From positions 100,137 to 164,136 of the forward strand of contig JAGOSO010000001.1 in NCBI GenBank assembly GCA_018062285.1: a stretch of DNA of 64,000 bases, read 5' to 3'. The notes below the pieces were generated by a model, which did not search any database, was not told the DNA's origin, and saw nothing but the letters and a program-made list of their open reading frames with translations. Source of the stretch: Minisyncoccota bacterium (GTDB lineage Bacteria > Patescibacteriota > Minisyncoccia > 2-02-FULL-40-12 > GWA2-44-9). The first letter of the stretch is position 1, and every line of letters starts with the position of its first letter. The position numbers and the translations under genes were made by a program. Below are positions 30,599 through 39,701 of this stretch, one piece after another.

Positions 30599-32098
30599 CT
30601 ATCCGAGCCGCGGGAACAACCCCGCGCTCTTTTTTACCAATAATTTTGAGCCAACCTTAGGTTCTTCTGTCGTACCAAAAACAGTGAAAATCTTTTCGGC
30701 TGTCTCCGGCAAAAATGGTTGGATACCATGAGCAACGTGCCAAATAGCCAAAACGATTGTAGCCATAATCTTTTTAAACTCTTCTGGGTTTTCTTTAACC
30801 ACAGACCATGGCTTCGTGTCATTCATATATCTATCGGCGTGAGTAATCAGCTTCCAAATAGAACCAAGAGCTTCATGCAATCTAAACTGCTCCATGAATT
30901 CAATCTTCTCTTTAGTGATGCTGGCGATAGCCTCTTTGGTTTCTGGGTTTACCGAATCCTCATTAAAGACAAGTTCCCCGCCAAGATTGTTTTCAATTAA
31001 AGTCGCGACGCGTTGAACCAAATTGCCTAAACCATTAGCCAAATCGCCATTGTATCTATCAATGAGTTTCTTTTCAGAGAAATCTCCATCTCCATCAGAA
31101 GCAATCTCGCGCAAGAGATAATAGCGCACCACTTCAACCCCAAACTTTTCAATAACGCCAAAAGGGTCGACAGTATTACCCAATGACTTAGAGATCTTTT
31201 CTCCATCGAGAGTCACGTAACCATGCACGTAAATTGTTGAGGGTGGCTTGAGGCCTGCTGAGATAAGCATCGCTGGCCAGTAAATGGCATGGAAGCGAGT
31301 AATACCCTTTCCTATCAAATGACATCGGACATCATTGTTGGTCCAATATTTTTCAAATAATGATTCGTCATCACTCCCATAACCAAGGGCAGTAATATAG
31401 TTCACAAGAGCATCAAACCAAACATACATCACCTGTGAGTCGTCGCCTGGGACGGAGATACCCCAGTTCTTGGCACGAGCACGGCTACGAGAGATACTAA
31501 AATCTTCAAGGCCACCTTTTATAAATTCGCGCATTTCATTGCCTCGAGAGTCGGGCACAATCCTCATATCTCCATCAAAAAGACCGGCAAGCTGTTTTTC
31601 GTATTTTGAAAGACGGAAGAAATAGTTTTCTTCATCTACCTCTTCAGGAGCAACTCTATGCTCTGGGCAAAGCCCATCTACTAATTCTTTCTTTGTTTTA
31701 AACTCTTCACAACCAACGCAATATAATCCTTTGTATGACTTCTTATAAATATCGCCAGCATCAAAACAGGCCTGCCAGATTTTCTGGGCAGCTTTCACGT
31801 GACGCTCCTCGGTAGTACGTACAAAATCATCACCAGAATAATTCACAGCCTTACCGAGTTCAATAAACTTCTGGGTGCACTGCTCCACGAAGTCAGCCAC
31901 AGGCATGCCAGCCTTTTCAGCAGCCTGAACATTTTTGAGGGAGTTTTCATCGGCACCGGCAATGAGCATGGTGTCGTCCCCTTTTTGACGATGATAGCGA
32001 GCCAAGACATCGGCCTGAATTAATTCCATCGTAAAACCAATATGCGGATCGGCATTTACGTATGGGATGGCAGTTGTTATGTAAAATTTATTCTTCAT
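30599..32098 (-). CDS. metG: Methionyl-tRNA synthetase
   Basis: AIPYVNADPHIGF (HIGH), Zn knuckle CPEHRV, KISKSLGN (KMSKS). Confidence 0.95.
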   Translation of the reverse strand: MKNKFYITTAIPYVNADPHIGFTMELIQADVLARYHRQKGDDTMLIAGADENSLKNVQAAEKAGMPVADFVEQCTQKFIELGKAVNYSGDDFVRTTEERHVKAAQKIWQACFDAGDIYKKSYKGLYCVGCEEFKTKKELVDGLCPEHRVAPEEVDEENYFFRLSKYEKQLAGLFDGDMRIVPDSRGNEMREFIKGGLEDFSISRSRARAKNWGISVPGDDSQVMYVWFDALVNYITALGYGSDDESLFEKYWTNNDVRCHLIGKGITRFHAIYWPAMLISAGLKPPSTIYVHGYVTLDGEKISKSLGNTVDPFGVIEKFGVEVVRYYLLREIASDGDGDFSEKKLIDRYNGDLANGLGNLVQRVATLIENNLGGELVFNEDSVNPETKEAIASITKEKIEFMEQFRLHEALGSIWKLITHADRYMNDTKPWSVVKENPEEFKKIMATIVLAIWHVAHGIQPFLPETAEKIFTVFGTTEEPKVGSKLLVKKSAGLFPRLG

Positions 32099-32807
32099 CT
32101 TCGTTTTCTTCTATTTCTTCTGCGTCTATATTTTTATGTTTTTGTTTGGGGCCAATCACCACCACGAATTCTCCCAGAAGATTGTTGCCAGTCATCTTCA
32201 TTAATATCTCTTCTGGCATACCTCGGTAGGTCGATTCGAACTGCTTGGTTAATTCTCGACAAACGACTAGCGAACGTCCAATTGGGGCCAATTGCTCTAG
32301 AGCCTTAACGATTCGATGCTTAGACTCATACATTACCACGGTATGTGTAATAGCTTCAATGTTCCGGAAAAATGTTTGCCTCCCCTTCTTGTGAGGTGGG
32401 AACCCAAGAAAAGTAAACTTATCTGTTGGGAAACCACTAATTGATAGTGCCGACACGGCTGCGTTTGCTCCTGGAATCGCGGCGATTTTTATTTCCGGCA
32501 ACTCTTTTAATATTTCTTGAATCAAAAAATTTCCCGGATCATTAATGCCTGGCGTACCAGCGTCTGAGACCAAGGCTATATTTTGTCCTTCTTTCAAGCG
32601 ATCAATTACCTTTTCGATAATCCCCCGACCTGAATGTTGATGGTAACTTAGTAATTCTTTTCTAATATTGTAGTGTTCCAGAAGTGTGCGCGTAACTCGA
32701 GTATCTTCAGCCAAAATTAAATCGGCATTACTCAAAACAGTAACGGCCCGCATTGTTATATCGGAAAGATTCCCTATTGGAGTAGCGACTATATATAAAT
32801 TAGCCAT
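32088..32807 (-). CDS. rsmI: 16S rRNA (cytidine1402-2'-O)-methyltransferase
   Basis: LYIVATPIGNLSDITMRAV...LAEDTR...ALVSDAGTPGI. Confidence 0.9.
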   Translation of the reverse strand: MANLYIVATPIGNLSDITMRAVTVLSNADLILAEDTRVTRTLLEHYNIRKELLSYHQHSGRGIIEKVIDRLKEGQNIALVSDAGTPGINDPGNFLIQEILKELPEIKIAAIPGANAAVSALSISGFPTDKFTFLGFPPHKKGRQTFFRNIEAITHTVVMYESKHRIVKALEQLAPIGRSLVVCRELTKQFESTYRGMPEEILMKMTGNNLLGEFVVVIGPKQKHKNIDAEEIEENEDEE

Positions 32808-32869
32808 TAGTAATTAGGACCTAGGATCTAGACTGCAGAAATTAAAAACTAAGTTCTAATCGCTAAGTT

Positions 32870-33916
32870 CTAGTTACTAGTTCTGCGAGATTCTTTCTGC
32901 TTGGCCACATCATCGAGCATTTCAACGATAATGGTTGAGATTGGAACAGCAAGAATCATGCCGGGGATACCAGCGAGCTTGTCCCCAACCAACAAGGCGA
33001 TCAATATAACAACGGGATTCAAGTTGAGAGTTCGACCAAGAATAATTGGGACAAGAACGTGATTTTCCAATTGTTGAACCACTATATATAGAACGAGGAC
33101 CCAAAGACCCAAGGCCGGAGATTGCAAGAAGGCCAAGATAACAGCAGGGATAGCGGCCACTACGGGGCCGACCATAGGAACAAGTTCCAAAACCATAATC
33201 AATAAACTTAAGATGAGAGCAAACTTAACTTGCATCAAAGAAAGTCCCACATAGCACATCAAACCAACAATTAACCCCAAGAGCATCTGCCCTTGAAGCC
33301 ATTTGCCAACCTTTATTTCGGTCCTCTTCCAAAGACTAGTGACATAGCCTTCATATTTTTCTGGGACAACAGACCCAAGAAATGTCTCGATGCCTTTTCT
33401 GGTAACTGATAGGTAGAAAGAAATAATCAAAATTGCCACGAAGGAAAAGACACCACCGAAAATGTTGACCACCAGCCCAACGACTGACTGCGAAGCTTGC
33501 TGAAGGTAAGAAGACAAAGTTGACAGAATATTCTGAACTTCAGCAAGGAAATCAAGGTACTGGGGCGAAGATTGCTGAGCCGTTTCAAGCGAGGATGAGA
33601 CCCTTTCAACCACTTTAGGCAAGACACTAGTCAAACGATTAATATCGTCTGAAACATAAGGGACAACCAAGGAAAGAATAAATACAGTCAAACCTAGAAT
33701 AACCATATATAAAGCCAGAACACCGACGACTCTTGGGAAACCATGATCGTCTAACCAATTAGCAAACGGAGAAATACCAGAAGCGATTACGATTGCAAAC
33801 AAGAATATAATGACGACGTCTTTCAATATATAAAGAAAGACAAACATTAAAATTAAAAGAATTACTTTTATAATTGTGCCAGCTCCTATATCCAGTTGGA
33901 CTCTTTCGGCGGCCAT
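32870..33916 (-). CDS. AI-2E family transporter (PerM/UPF0118)
   Basis: 348 aa, 8 TM; ...VPMVGPVVAAIPAVILAFLQS...VVQQLENHVLVPIILG. Confidence 0.85.
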   Translation of the reverse strand: MAAERVQLDIGAGTIIKVILLILMFVFLYILKDVVIIFLFAIVIASGISPFANWLDDHGFPRVVGVLALYMVILGLTVFILSLVVPYVSDDINRLTSVLPKVVERVSSSLETAQQSSPQYLDFLAEVQNILSTLSSYLQQASQSVVGLVVNIFGGVFSFVAILIISFYLSVTRKGIETFLGSVVPEKYEGYVTSLWKRTEIKVGKWLQGQMLLGLIVGLMCYVGLSLMQVKFALILSLLIMVLELVPMVGPVVAAIPAVILAFLQSPALGLWVLVLYIVVQQLENHVLVPIILGRTLNLNPVVILIALLVGDKLAGIPGMILAVPISTIIVEMLDDVAKQKESRRTSN

Positions 33917-33917
33917 A

Positions 33918-35198
33918 TTAGATAGTTAGTAATTTTTTGAATGGCTCCACATCTTTAAATGGACCGACTATTGCAAAGTTGAGCCTATCGTTCTTGAAAA
34001 CTTCATCAACAACAGCCTTAATGTCTTCAAGTGTAACTGCTTTAATTTTAGCCAATTCATCCTCTGGGGTCAAAACTTTGTTTTCAAACAAAACACTTCC
34101 GCCTAAATTTTGAGCCAAGAAATTAGATTGTTCTAGGGCCAAAGCTGTTCCACCAACAGTCCGGTCTATGGCTCGTTTTAATTCAGCTTCGGTGACGCCT
34201 TCGTTTTTAATCTTTCTTAATTCTTCCATGATAACCGTCACGGCTTCGAGAGCTCGATCATTATTTACGCCAGTATCAACTTCAAAAAAGCCAGTATCAG
34301 TTCTTTCCTCATGCGAGGCTGAGATGTAGTAGCACAAACCCCTCTTCTCACGAACCTCACTAAACAAACGTGAACTCATTCCCCCACCAAGAATACTGGC
34401 CAAGACACCTAAAGGATATCTTCGAGGGTCATGCATATTAAAAGCTCGGAAGCCAAGAATAAAATGAGTTTGATCGGTTTGCTTAAAATAAACATCGGCC
34501 TGAGGTTCAGACTGTTTTTCAATTACTGACAATTTCTCAACCTTGTTGCTCTGGCGAATATTTTCAAAATATTTTTCAACTTTAGCTTTGATTGCAACAG
34601 GATCGATATCTCCAGCGATACTAATCACAGTGTTAGAAGCAACGTAATGGGAATTGAAGTAATCAACGAACTGCTGACTCTTTAAGCCAAGGATAGTTTC
34701 TTTTTCTCCGGCAATAGACCAGCCAGCAGGTTGATCACCATACAAAAGCTTCTCCATATTATCAGCCACGATCCAACGAGGTTCATCGTGATACATATTG
34801 ATCTCTTCAACTACCACGTGTCTCTCGGTCTGAATAGCAGATTCCTCGAGTTTAGAATTTAAATAAATATCAAAAATAACATCCATTACGATGTCTAGCT
34901 TTTCTGAACTAGCCTTAGCGTAATAGGCAGTCATCTCCTTATCGGTGAAAGCATTGTACTGAGCACCGATACCATCAAGCTCACGAGAAATATCTAAAGC
35001 ACCAGGACGCTTGGTAGTACCCTTAAACATCATGTGCTCAAGAAAATGCGAGATACCATTGATGTCTTTAGTCTCATATTTTGAACCTGTCCCAACCATA
35101 ACCATGACAGTAACGGTCTTAGTCCCCTGCATAGGCACTGTCACTAATCGCAACCCTGACGGAAGAGTATCAAATTGAAAATTATATGTTCGTTCCAT
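33918..35198 (-). CDS. M16-family zinc peptidase (insulinase-like)
   Basis: HFLEHMMFKGT inverted zinc motif HxxEH, 426 aa. Confidence 0.85.
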   Translation of the reverse strand: MERTYNFQFDTLPSGLRLVTVPMQGTKTVTVMVMVGTGSKYETKDINGISHFLEHMMFKGTTKRPGALDISRELDGIGAQYNAFTDKEMTAYYAKASSEKLDIVMDVIFDIYLNSKLEESAIQTERHVVVEEINMYHDEPRWIVADNMEKLLYGDQPAGWSIAGEKETILGLKSQQFVDYFNSHYVASNTVISIAGDIDPVAIKAKVEKYFENIRQSNKVEKLSVIEKQSEPQADVYFKQTDQTHFILGFRAFNMHDPRRYPLGVLASILGGGMSSRLFSEVREKRGLCYYISASHEERTDTGFFEVDTGVNNDRALEAVTVIMEELRKIKNEGVTEAELKRAIDRTVGGTALALEQSNFLAQNLGGSVLFENKVLTPEDELAKIKAVTLEDIKAVVDEVFKNDRLNFAIVGPFKDVEPFKKLLTI

Positions 35199-35243
35199 GT
35201 CTATAATATTACATTAATACTCAAGAAAGACCAACAAAAAATG

Positions 35244-35316
35244 TGTCGGCGGCAGGAATTGAACCTGCGACCTGAGCGTTATGAATGCTCCGCTCTAACC
35301 CCTGAGCTACGCCGAC
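35244..35316 (-). tRNA. tRNA-Met(CAU), elongator type (tRNA-Ile2 lysidine alternative not excluded)
   Basis: GTCGGCGTAGCTCAGGGGTTAGAGCGGAGCATTCATAACGCTC...; anticodon CAT; G1-C72; no initiator features; A31-C39 mismatch in the anticodon stem. Confidence 0.8.
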
Positions 35317-35348
35317 ATTTTGTAACGATAAAATTCTAACGCATTTTC

Positions 35349-35376
35349 TTGATTATTTCAATGGTAGTGGTATAAT
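35349..35376 (+). promoter_or_regulatory. Sigma70-like promoter for tRNA-fMet
   Basis: TTGATT-16nt-TATAAT ending 15 nt before the tRNA 5' end. Confidence 0.55.
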
Positions 35377-35391
35377 GATTAGAGTAATTAT

Positions 35392-35463
35392 CGCGGGGTA
35401 GCGCAGCGGTAGCGTGCTGGGCTCATAACCCAGAGGTCGTGGGTTCGAATCCCACCCCCGCAA
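35392..35463 (+). tRNA. Initiator tRNA-fMet(CAU)
   Basis: CGCGGGGTAGCGCAGCGGTAGCGTGCTGGGCTCATAACCCAGAGG...CCCCGCAA; C1-A72 mismatch and three G-C pairs (GGG/CCC) in the anticodon stem; close to E. coli fMet. Confidence 0.9.
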
Positions 35464-35472
35464 CAACACTTT

Positions 35473-35505
35473 GACAATACCACCTTTTGGTGGTATTGTC
35501 TTTTT
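35473..35505 (+). terminator. Intrinsic terminator after tRNA-fMet
   Basis: GACAATACCACC-tttt-GGTGGTATTGTC followed by TTTTT. Confidence 0.75.
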
Positions 35506-35522
35506 ACAAGGAGGAGTTCCGA

Positions 35523-35963
35523 GTGGCACTATCAAGAAGGGCCCAAGTAAGAATCCGGAGGGAGCACAACATCCCAACAGACAGTCTTTCACCGAAGATT
35601 TATTGGTTGGCCAGCCTTTATGCGTGGTCAGAAATCCCGAACAGTAAGGAGCTTCGCCAAATCAAGAGCTATGTCGAATTTTTGGCCAGCCAGTATGGGC
35701 CCGAAGTTGAAGCTGAAATATTGAGCAAGCCACTGCCGGCTCGATTGGGCCACGATACAACAATCCTTAAAAAGGGTGGTTGGAAACGTGGATGGTCTTA
35801 CAGAAAAATGTCATGGGGTGAGAAACCCTTTTCCCCTCAAAAAGAAGAGGTCCTTGCTGGACCCCTTTCCCTGATCGATATCCTTGACCGATGCCAAGCC
35901 GTGAATGGTGCCGAGCCAAACACTTGGTCAAACTGGAAAGAATCGCATCGGGACACATTTTAA
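35523..35963 (+). CDS. Hypothetical protein (GTG start with AAGGAGG RBS)
   Basis: 146 aa; RBS AAGGAGG 7 nt upstream of GTG; basic N-terminus. Confidence 0.5.
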   Translation: MALSRRAQVRIRREHNIPTDSLSPKIYWLASLYAWSEIPNSKELRQIKSYVEFLASQYGPEVEAEILSKPLPARLGHDTTILKKGGWKRGWSYRKMSWGEKPFSPQKEEVLAGPLSLIDILDRCQAVNGAEPNTWSNWKESHRDTF

Positions 35964-35987
35964 AAAAGAAGGGTTGATCGTGAGACA

Positions 35988-36209
35988 ATGGTAAAAACAC
36001 TCAGAAGTCTCGTTTCGTTAATACTCCTGTTTTATACCAAGGGAACAAAGGAGATCTGGACCGGGAAGTCATACTGGTACGGACTAGTGGTCGCAATAAT
36101 TGTTCCGTCATATTTCACAGAACACACGATCGCAGGACTGATGGTTATCTTCTTGATTCTGCCGATCATCGCCTTCTTTAGTAGTCACAGAATTTCCATA
36201 AATTCCTAA
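35988..36209 (+). CDS. Small membrane protein (73 aa)
   Basis: Two TM helices; followed by the terminator at 36232-36258. Confidence 0.4.
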   Translation: MVKTLRSLVSLILLFYTKGTKEIWTGKSYWYGLVVAIIVPSYFTEHTIAGLMVIFLILPIIAFFSSHRISINS

Positions 36210-36231
36210 AAGGAATCCCGCAGAAACTGCC

Positions 36232-36258
36232 GCCCGCCTAACCGCGGGCCTTATTTTT
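36232..36258 (+). terminator. Intrinsic terminator
   Basis: GCCCGC-ctaacc-GCGGGC then TTATTTTT. Confidence 0.55.
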
Positions 36259-36269
36259 AGTTAAATATA

Positions 36270-36294
36270 AAAGACGCCCAATCGGGCGTCTTTT
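36270..36294. terminator. Bidirectional intrinsic terminator
   Basis: AAAGACGCCC-aat-CGGGCGTCTTTT. Confidence 0.65.
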
Positions 36295-36309
36295 ATATTT
36301 AACTAAATC

Positions 36310-36795
36310 TTACTCGCCAGAAATATTGGCTTGAAGATTGATTGAGCTTGCATTGACGCGAGCATCACAAGCGACGTTAACAATCTTTGGAGCTGAAGGA
36401 CTTGAAACGGTAACAACTTTGTAACCGTAAGCACCGAGAGGATAAGCCATACCACTGATAGTAACGGTAATCGCTTTGTTCATACGGTTGTCCAACAAAA
36501 GACTTCCACCACTCTTAAAGACCATTGAAGCAGGAATAGCCTGACAGTCGTTAGTAAACTGGATTCGGTTTGCACCGTATTGAGCAACGAGCTGACTATA
36601 GGAAGGCATGACCGTTGCAACGGGAGTCGTAGTGGCTCTAGGATTTACTGAGGTGGCTGGTGTCTTTGTGGCCATCATGGTTGGAGAGGTGGTGGTACCT
36701 GGATTCAAAGAAACACCAGATTTATCACCCTCAACAAACCATACAGCGATAGCAACAACAACGATAGCTAAAATAATTGTCCAGGTTTTGTTCAT
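36310..36795 (-). CDS. Secreted/membrane-anchored Thr-rich hypothetical protein
   Basis: N-terminal TM, Thr/Pro linker, 161 aa. Confidence 0.55.
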   Translation of the reverse strand: MNKTWTIILAIVVVAIAVWFVEGDKSGVSLNPGTTTSPTMMATKTPATSVNPRATTTPVATVMPSYSQLVAQYGANRIQFTNDCQAIPASMVFKSGGSLLLDNRMNKAITVTISGMAYPLGAYGYKVVTVSSPSAPKIVNVACDARVNASSINLQANISGE

Positions 36796-36909
36796 CGAGA
36801 TAAATTAATAATAAATTTTAAATTAAAACCAAGTTCGACCTTTTAAATATTATAACAGATTCCACCACAAACATCGCAAACATTTATCCACTATTTAACT
36901 ATTAAAAAT

Positions 36910-36936
36910 GGGCGCCTCCTCTTTCGAGTGGCGCCC
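36910..36936 (-). terminator. Terminator of the OMP-like gene
   Basis: GGGCGCC-13nt-GGCGCCC hairpin with a T-run on the minus strand. Confidence 0.6.
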
Positions 36937-36965
36937 TGTAACCATGCAAGCATGGCTACAATGCC

Positions 36966-38093
36966 TTAGAACCAGATGCCAACAGACAACATCGGTGACC
37001 ACACCGACATGTTGGTCGTCCGAGGCTTAAACACTCCGCGACCGACGGCGTACGGATCCGAGATCACGTAGCCCGGCGCGGTCGGCGCATTGCTCAGCGA
37101 TGACCTCGCCACGCTCAGTCCAATATTCAGGACGGAATTCGAAACGCGAACCCGCAACTTGAGACCGACCTTCATATCGATGGCGGTAGTAGTCTTCTTG
37201 ACCGTCTCCGCGTACGGCATGGCTGTCGGTGCCCAGTTCAGATGCGCGAGTGTCTGTGTCGGCGTACCATTGACACCACCGGACGACGCCGTCAGGTAGA
37301 TGTCCTTGGTCGCTTTAAACAACCCATCGGCCTTGGTTCCGCTCCCCCATGGGAATGTCGCCACGGCCAACCGACCGTCAATCGACAACCGGCTGAAGAG
37401 GCAGTACTCCCCTTCGATTCCACCGGTCAGTCCGAAATGAGTCGACTTCGCGGTGGCCATCGAGGAATAGTTGTAGTCCTCACGGATTGCCTGAGCACTG
37501 ATCGAGCGATCGCTGTTCAGCGTATAGAGCAGGAAGTTCTGCGACCGGGCCAGGTCTTCCGAGCTTTCGACTCGCAGAACCGGAACGCCGGCGAAGAACG
37601 AGAACGTTCCTTCCGACAACCCGACCGTGTAGTTCAGCAGTGCATCGAAGCGTGTAACTTTCGCGCTCGACTTCTGACTGTACCCCACGGGACCATAGAG
37701 CACCGGCGCCGAAGAAACGATCTTCGGCGTAGCGTCGGGCCCCCAGGTCTTGATCTGTCCGTCGGTCTGTGCGACCGAACTGTTCAGATCGTTGCTCGAC
37801 CCGAAGCGGTAGAATCGCACTTCCCCGCCAAAACCATTCACCGGTTTACGACCAATGAACGCCTGGACGAAGGAATTGGCCTTCGCGTCGTCCCCGACAA
37901 TCTTGTCGCCGGACGACGAATGGATGGAACCGATCGGCTGAATCAACCCATCGGTCTTCACCAAGCCAGCCGGGGCAAAATCGCCTCCGATGACCCAGTT
38001 GTTCACCTTCACCGGCGCCTGCTGCGCCTTCGCCACACCCGCCGTGAGGACCATCACGAGAACCGCCGAAACTACGAGGACCATCTTGTTCAT
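36966..38093 (-). CDS. Outer-membrane beta-barrel (porin/OMP-like) protein in a strongly GC-rich island (about 60% GC)
   Basis: Signal peptide MNKMVLVVSAVLVMVLTAGVAKA-QQAP; 375 aa rich in G/S/T/N with alternating amphipathic segments; C-terminus ...MLSVGIWF, a terminal-Phe beta-signal typical of Gram-negative OMPs; the antisense Arg-rich 318-aa ORF is rejected. Confidence 0.6.
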   Translation of the reverse strand: MNKMVLVVSAVLVMVLTAGVAKAQQAPVKVNNWVIGGDFAPAGLVKTDGLIQPIGSIHSSSGDKIVGDDAKANSFVQAFIGRKPVNGFGGEVRFYRFGSSNDLNSSVAQTDGQIKTWGPDATPKIVSSAPVLYGPVGYSQKSSAKVTRFDALLNYTVGLSEGTFSFFAGVPVLRVESSEDLARSQNFLLYTLNSDRSISAQAIREDYNYSSMATAKSTHFGLTGGIEGEYCLFSRLSIDGRLAVATFPWGSGTKADGLFKATKDIYLTASSGGVNGTPTQTLAHLNWAPTAMPYAETVKKTTTAIDMKVGLKLRVRVSNSVLNIGLSVARSSLSNAPTAPGYVISDPYAVGRGVFKPRTTNMSVWSPMLSVGIWF

Positions 38094-38180
38094 AACGTCT
38101 CCTTGGCCATCATGGCCACAAAACCTTCAAAAAATGCCCTGTTTGTTATAGAACTACCAGATATTAAATATATCACTTTT

Positions 38181-38217
38181 TTTATAAAAAGTCAATAGCG
38201 GGTTGACTTTTTATAAA
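38181..38217. promoter_or_regulatory. Perfect 15-bp inverted repeat (candidate operator) in the divergent promoter region
   Basis: TTTATAAAAAGTCAA-tagcggg-TTGACTTTTTATAAA between the OMP-like gene (minus) and the DksA/TraR gene (plus); TTGACT doubles as a -35-like hexamer. Confidence 0.5.
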
Positions 38218-38269
38218 TTATGGTATACCATAGACAAGCACCTTAACACAGACGATAGGGAAGGAATAT

Positions 38270-38704
38270 ATGACAATCGACAGGAAAGAAAGAATAGCCA
38301 TCCTCATCCAAATGGAACACAACTTGGGCCCTGTAACAAAGAAGCCCACCAGTCTGTTCCACTCGAAAGACACGGCCGGTATCGGAAAGGATATTTGTGA
38401 TACCGCCAACAACTACATCGAGGAAGAAGAAAGGCTCAGGTCTGCCGGAGAGAACACAAGGAAACTCAATCTCGTCCGTGCCGCACTTCGACTTTTCGAT
38501 ACTGGCTGGGACGGCACATGCCGTGAGTCGGATGACAGGGGTACCCCCTGTGGAAACGAAATCTCGGATGCTCGCTTCCAAGCTCTCCCCTATGCCACGA
38601 TTTGTCGGTATTGCCAGGAGGAGAAAGAAAAGAAAGAGAAGGAGCATGGCACCCGCAAGCCTGAAAACAGGCACGGAGGCAAACCCAAGCACTCCTTCAC
38701 GTAG
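38270..38704 (+). CDS. DksA/TraR-family zinc-finger protein (Cys-poor variant)
   Basis: ...TPCGNEISDARFQALPYATICRYCQ matches CxxC-x17-CxxC of DksA with the first Cys replaced; GGAAGGAA RBS. Confidence 0.8.
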   Translation: MTIDRKERIAILIQMEHNLGPVTKKPTSLFHSKDTAGIGKDICDTANNYIEEEERLRSAGENTRKLNLVRAALRLFDTGWDGTCRESDDRGTPCGNEISDARFQALPYATICRYCQEEKEKKEKEHGTRKPENRHGGKPKHSFT

Positions 38705-38890
38705 GGCACCAGAAAGTTCCTGCCAAAGTAGGCAGAAGACTCTTCGTGGATGGCGTTCCAATGGAACACCAAACACGAAGAGTTTTTAAATTAAAATCTT
38801 TGTAAAAGGTCATCCCACATGATAACCTTTGTAGCATAGGGGCCAATAGTAGAGGTCTTAATTTCTTAAACAAGGCTCTGCTGAAATTTT

Positions 38891-38977
38891 GGAAGCGTGG
38901 CTGAGTGGTTGAAAGCACCTGATTCGAAATCAGGCATAGGGGCAACCTTATCGGAGGTTCGAATCCTCCCGCTTCCG
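38891..38977 (+). tRNA. tRNA-Ser(CGA)
   Basis: Type II tRNA with long variable arm; anticodon loop TTCGAAA; discriminator G. Confidence 0.9.
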
Positions 38978-39021
38978 CAGCGTCTTGGAAAAAGCCAAGA
39001 CTTATGGCAAAATAGTGTCTT

Positions 39022-39109
39022 GGAGAGGTGGCCGAGTGGTTTAAGGCAACGGTCTTGAAAACCGTCGTACAGCAATGTACCGTGAGTTCGAATCTCACCC
39101 TCTCCGCCA
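39022..39109 (+). tRNA. tRNA-Ser(UGA)
   Basis: Type II tRNA; anticodon loop CTTGAAA; CCA encoded. Confidence 0.9.
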
Positions 39110-39115
39110 ATAAAA

Positions 39116-39697
39116 ATGTCCCAAACTATAGATCTGAGGAACAAGGACAAAGCTCAAGTGGAACCGGCCGTAAGACCGCCCGCGGTTGATTTGGCACCTG
39201 AAACAGTTAAGGAGATAGATATCTTAGCAGAACAAGCGCCCACGACTGATGGTATTGCTTGGACAACCCACCTCTCCCCCCAGCCACAGAAGGGAGTGGT
39301 TTTGGTTATCACCTTCTCTCTACTTATCCTTGCGGGATTGGTCACCTATTTTTCTCATGATATTATCTTTGCAATAGTTCTTGTTTTATCTACCGTTGTC
39401 ATCAACCTAGTAGCAAGGAAACCTTCTAAGCCAAGCGAAATAAATGTGCATGCGACTGGTATTTCCATAGACAATGATCGGCACCATTTTGCCGACATGA
39501 GATCATTCTGGGTGGATTACGAACCAAACCTAAAAGAAGTCCGCATTGAAATGAAAAAGGGCTATGCCCAAAGACTAAAAATCCCACTCGAAGATACTGA
39601 CCCTTTGCAAATCAGACGCGCCTTATTAACCTATATGCCGGAAAGAGAACACGAACTGTCTCTCCTTGATCAGATTATTCGATTAATTGGATTCTAA
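39116..39697 (+). CDS. Hypothetical membrane protein
   Basis: 193 aa; two central TM helices. Confidence 0.55.
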   Translation: MSQTIDLRNKDKAQVEPAVRPPAVDLAPETVKEIDILAEQAPTTDGIAWTTHLSPQPQKGVVLVITFSLLILAGLVTYFSHDIIFAIVLVLSTVVINLVARKPSKPSEINVHATGISIDNDRHHFADMRSFWVDYEPNLKEVRIEMKKGYAQRLKIPLEDTDPLQIRRALLTYMPEREHELSLLDQIIRLIGF

Positions 39698-39701
39698 AAA
39701 A

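Noticed and set aside
30603-30632. GC hairpin followed by T-run (GAGCCGCGGG...CCCCGCGCTC TTTTTT)
   Set aside because: It lies inside the metG C-terminal codons on the opposite strand, with no plus-strand gene upstream. Probably coincidental, or part of metG mRNA structure.
35353-35592. 79-aa minus ORF
   Set aside because: It overlaps the tRNA-fMet gene and its terminator.
37242-38198. 318-aa Arg-rich plus-strand ORF
   Set aside because: Antisense artefact of the 60% GC OMP-like gene. The minus frame has a signal peptide and a C-terminal beta-signal.
38243-38776. 177-aa minus-strand ORF (and 38397-38789 plus ORF)
   Set aside because: They overlap the DksA/TraR gene (38270-38704 +), which has the recognisable zinc-finger motif and an RBS.
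38697-39150. Two minus-strand ORFs (137 and 94 aa)
   Set aside because: They overlap tRNA-Ser(CGA) and tRNA-Ser(UGA).
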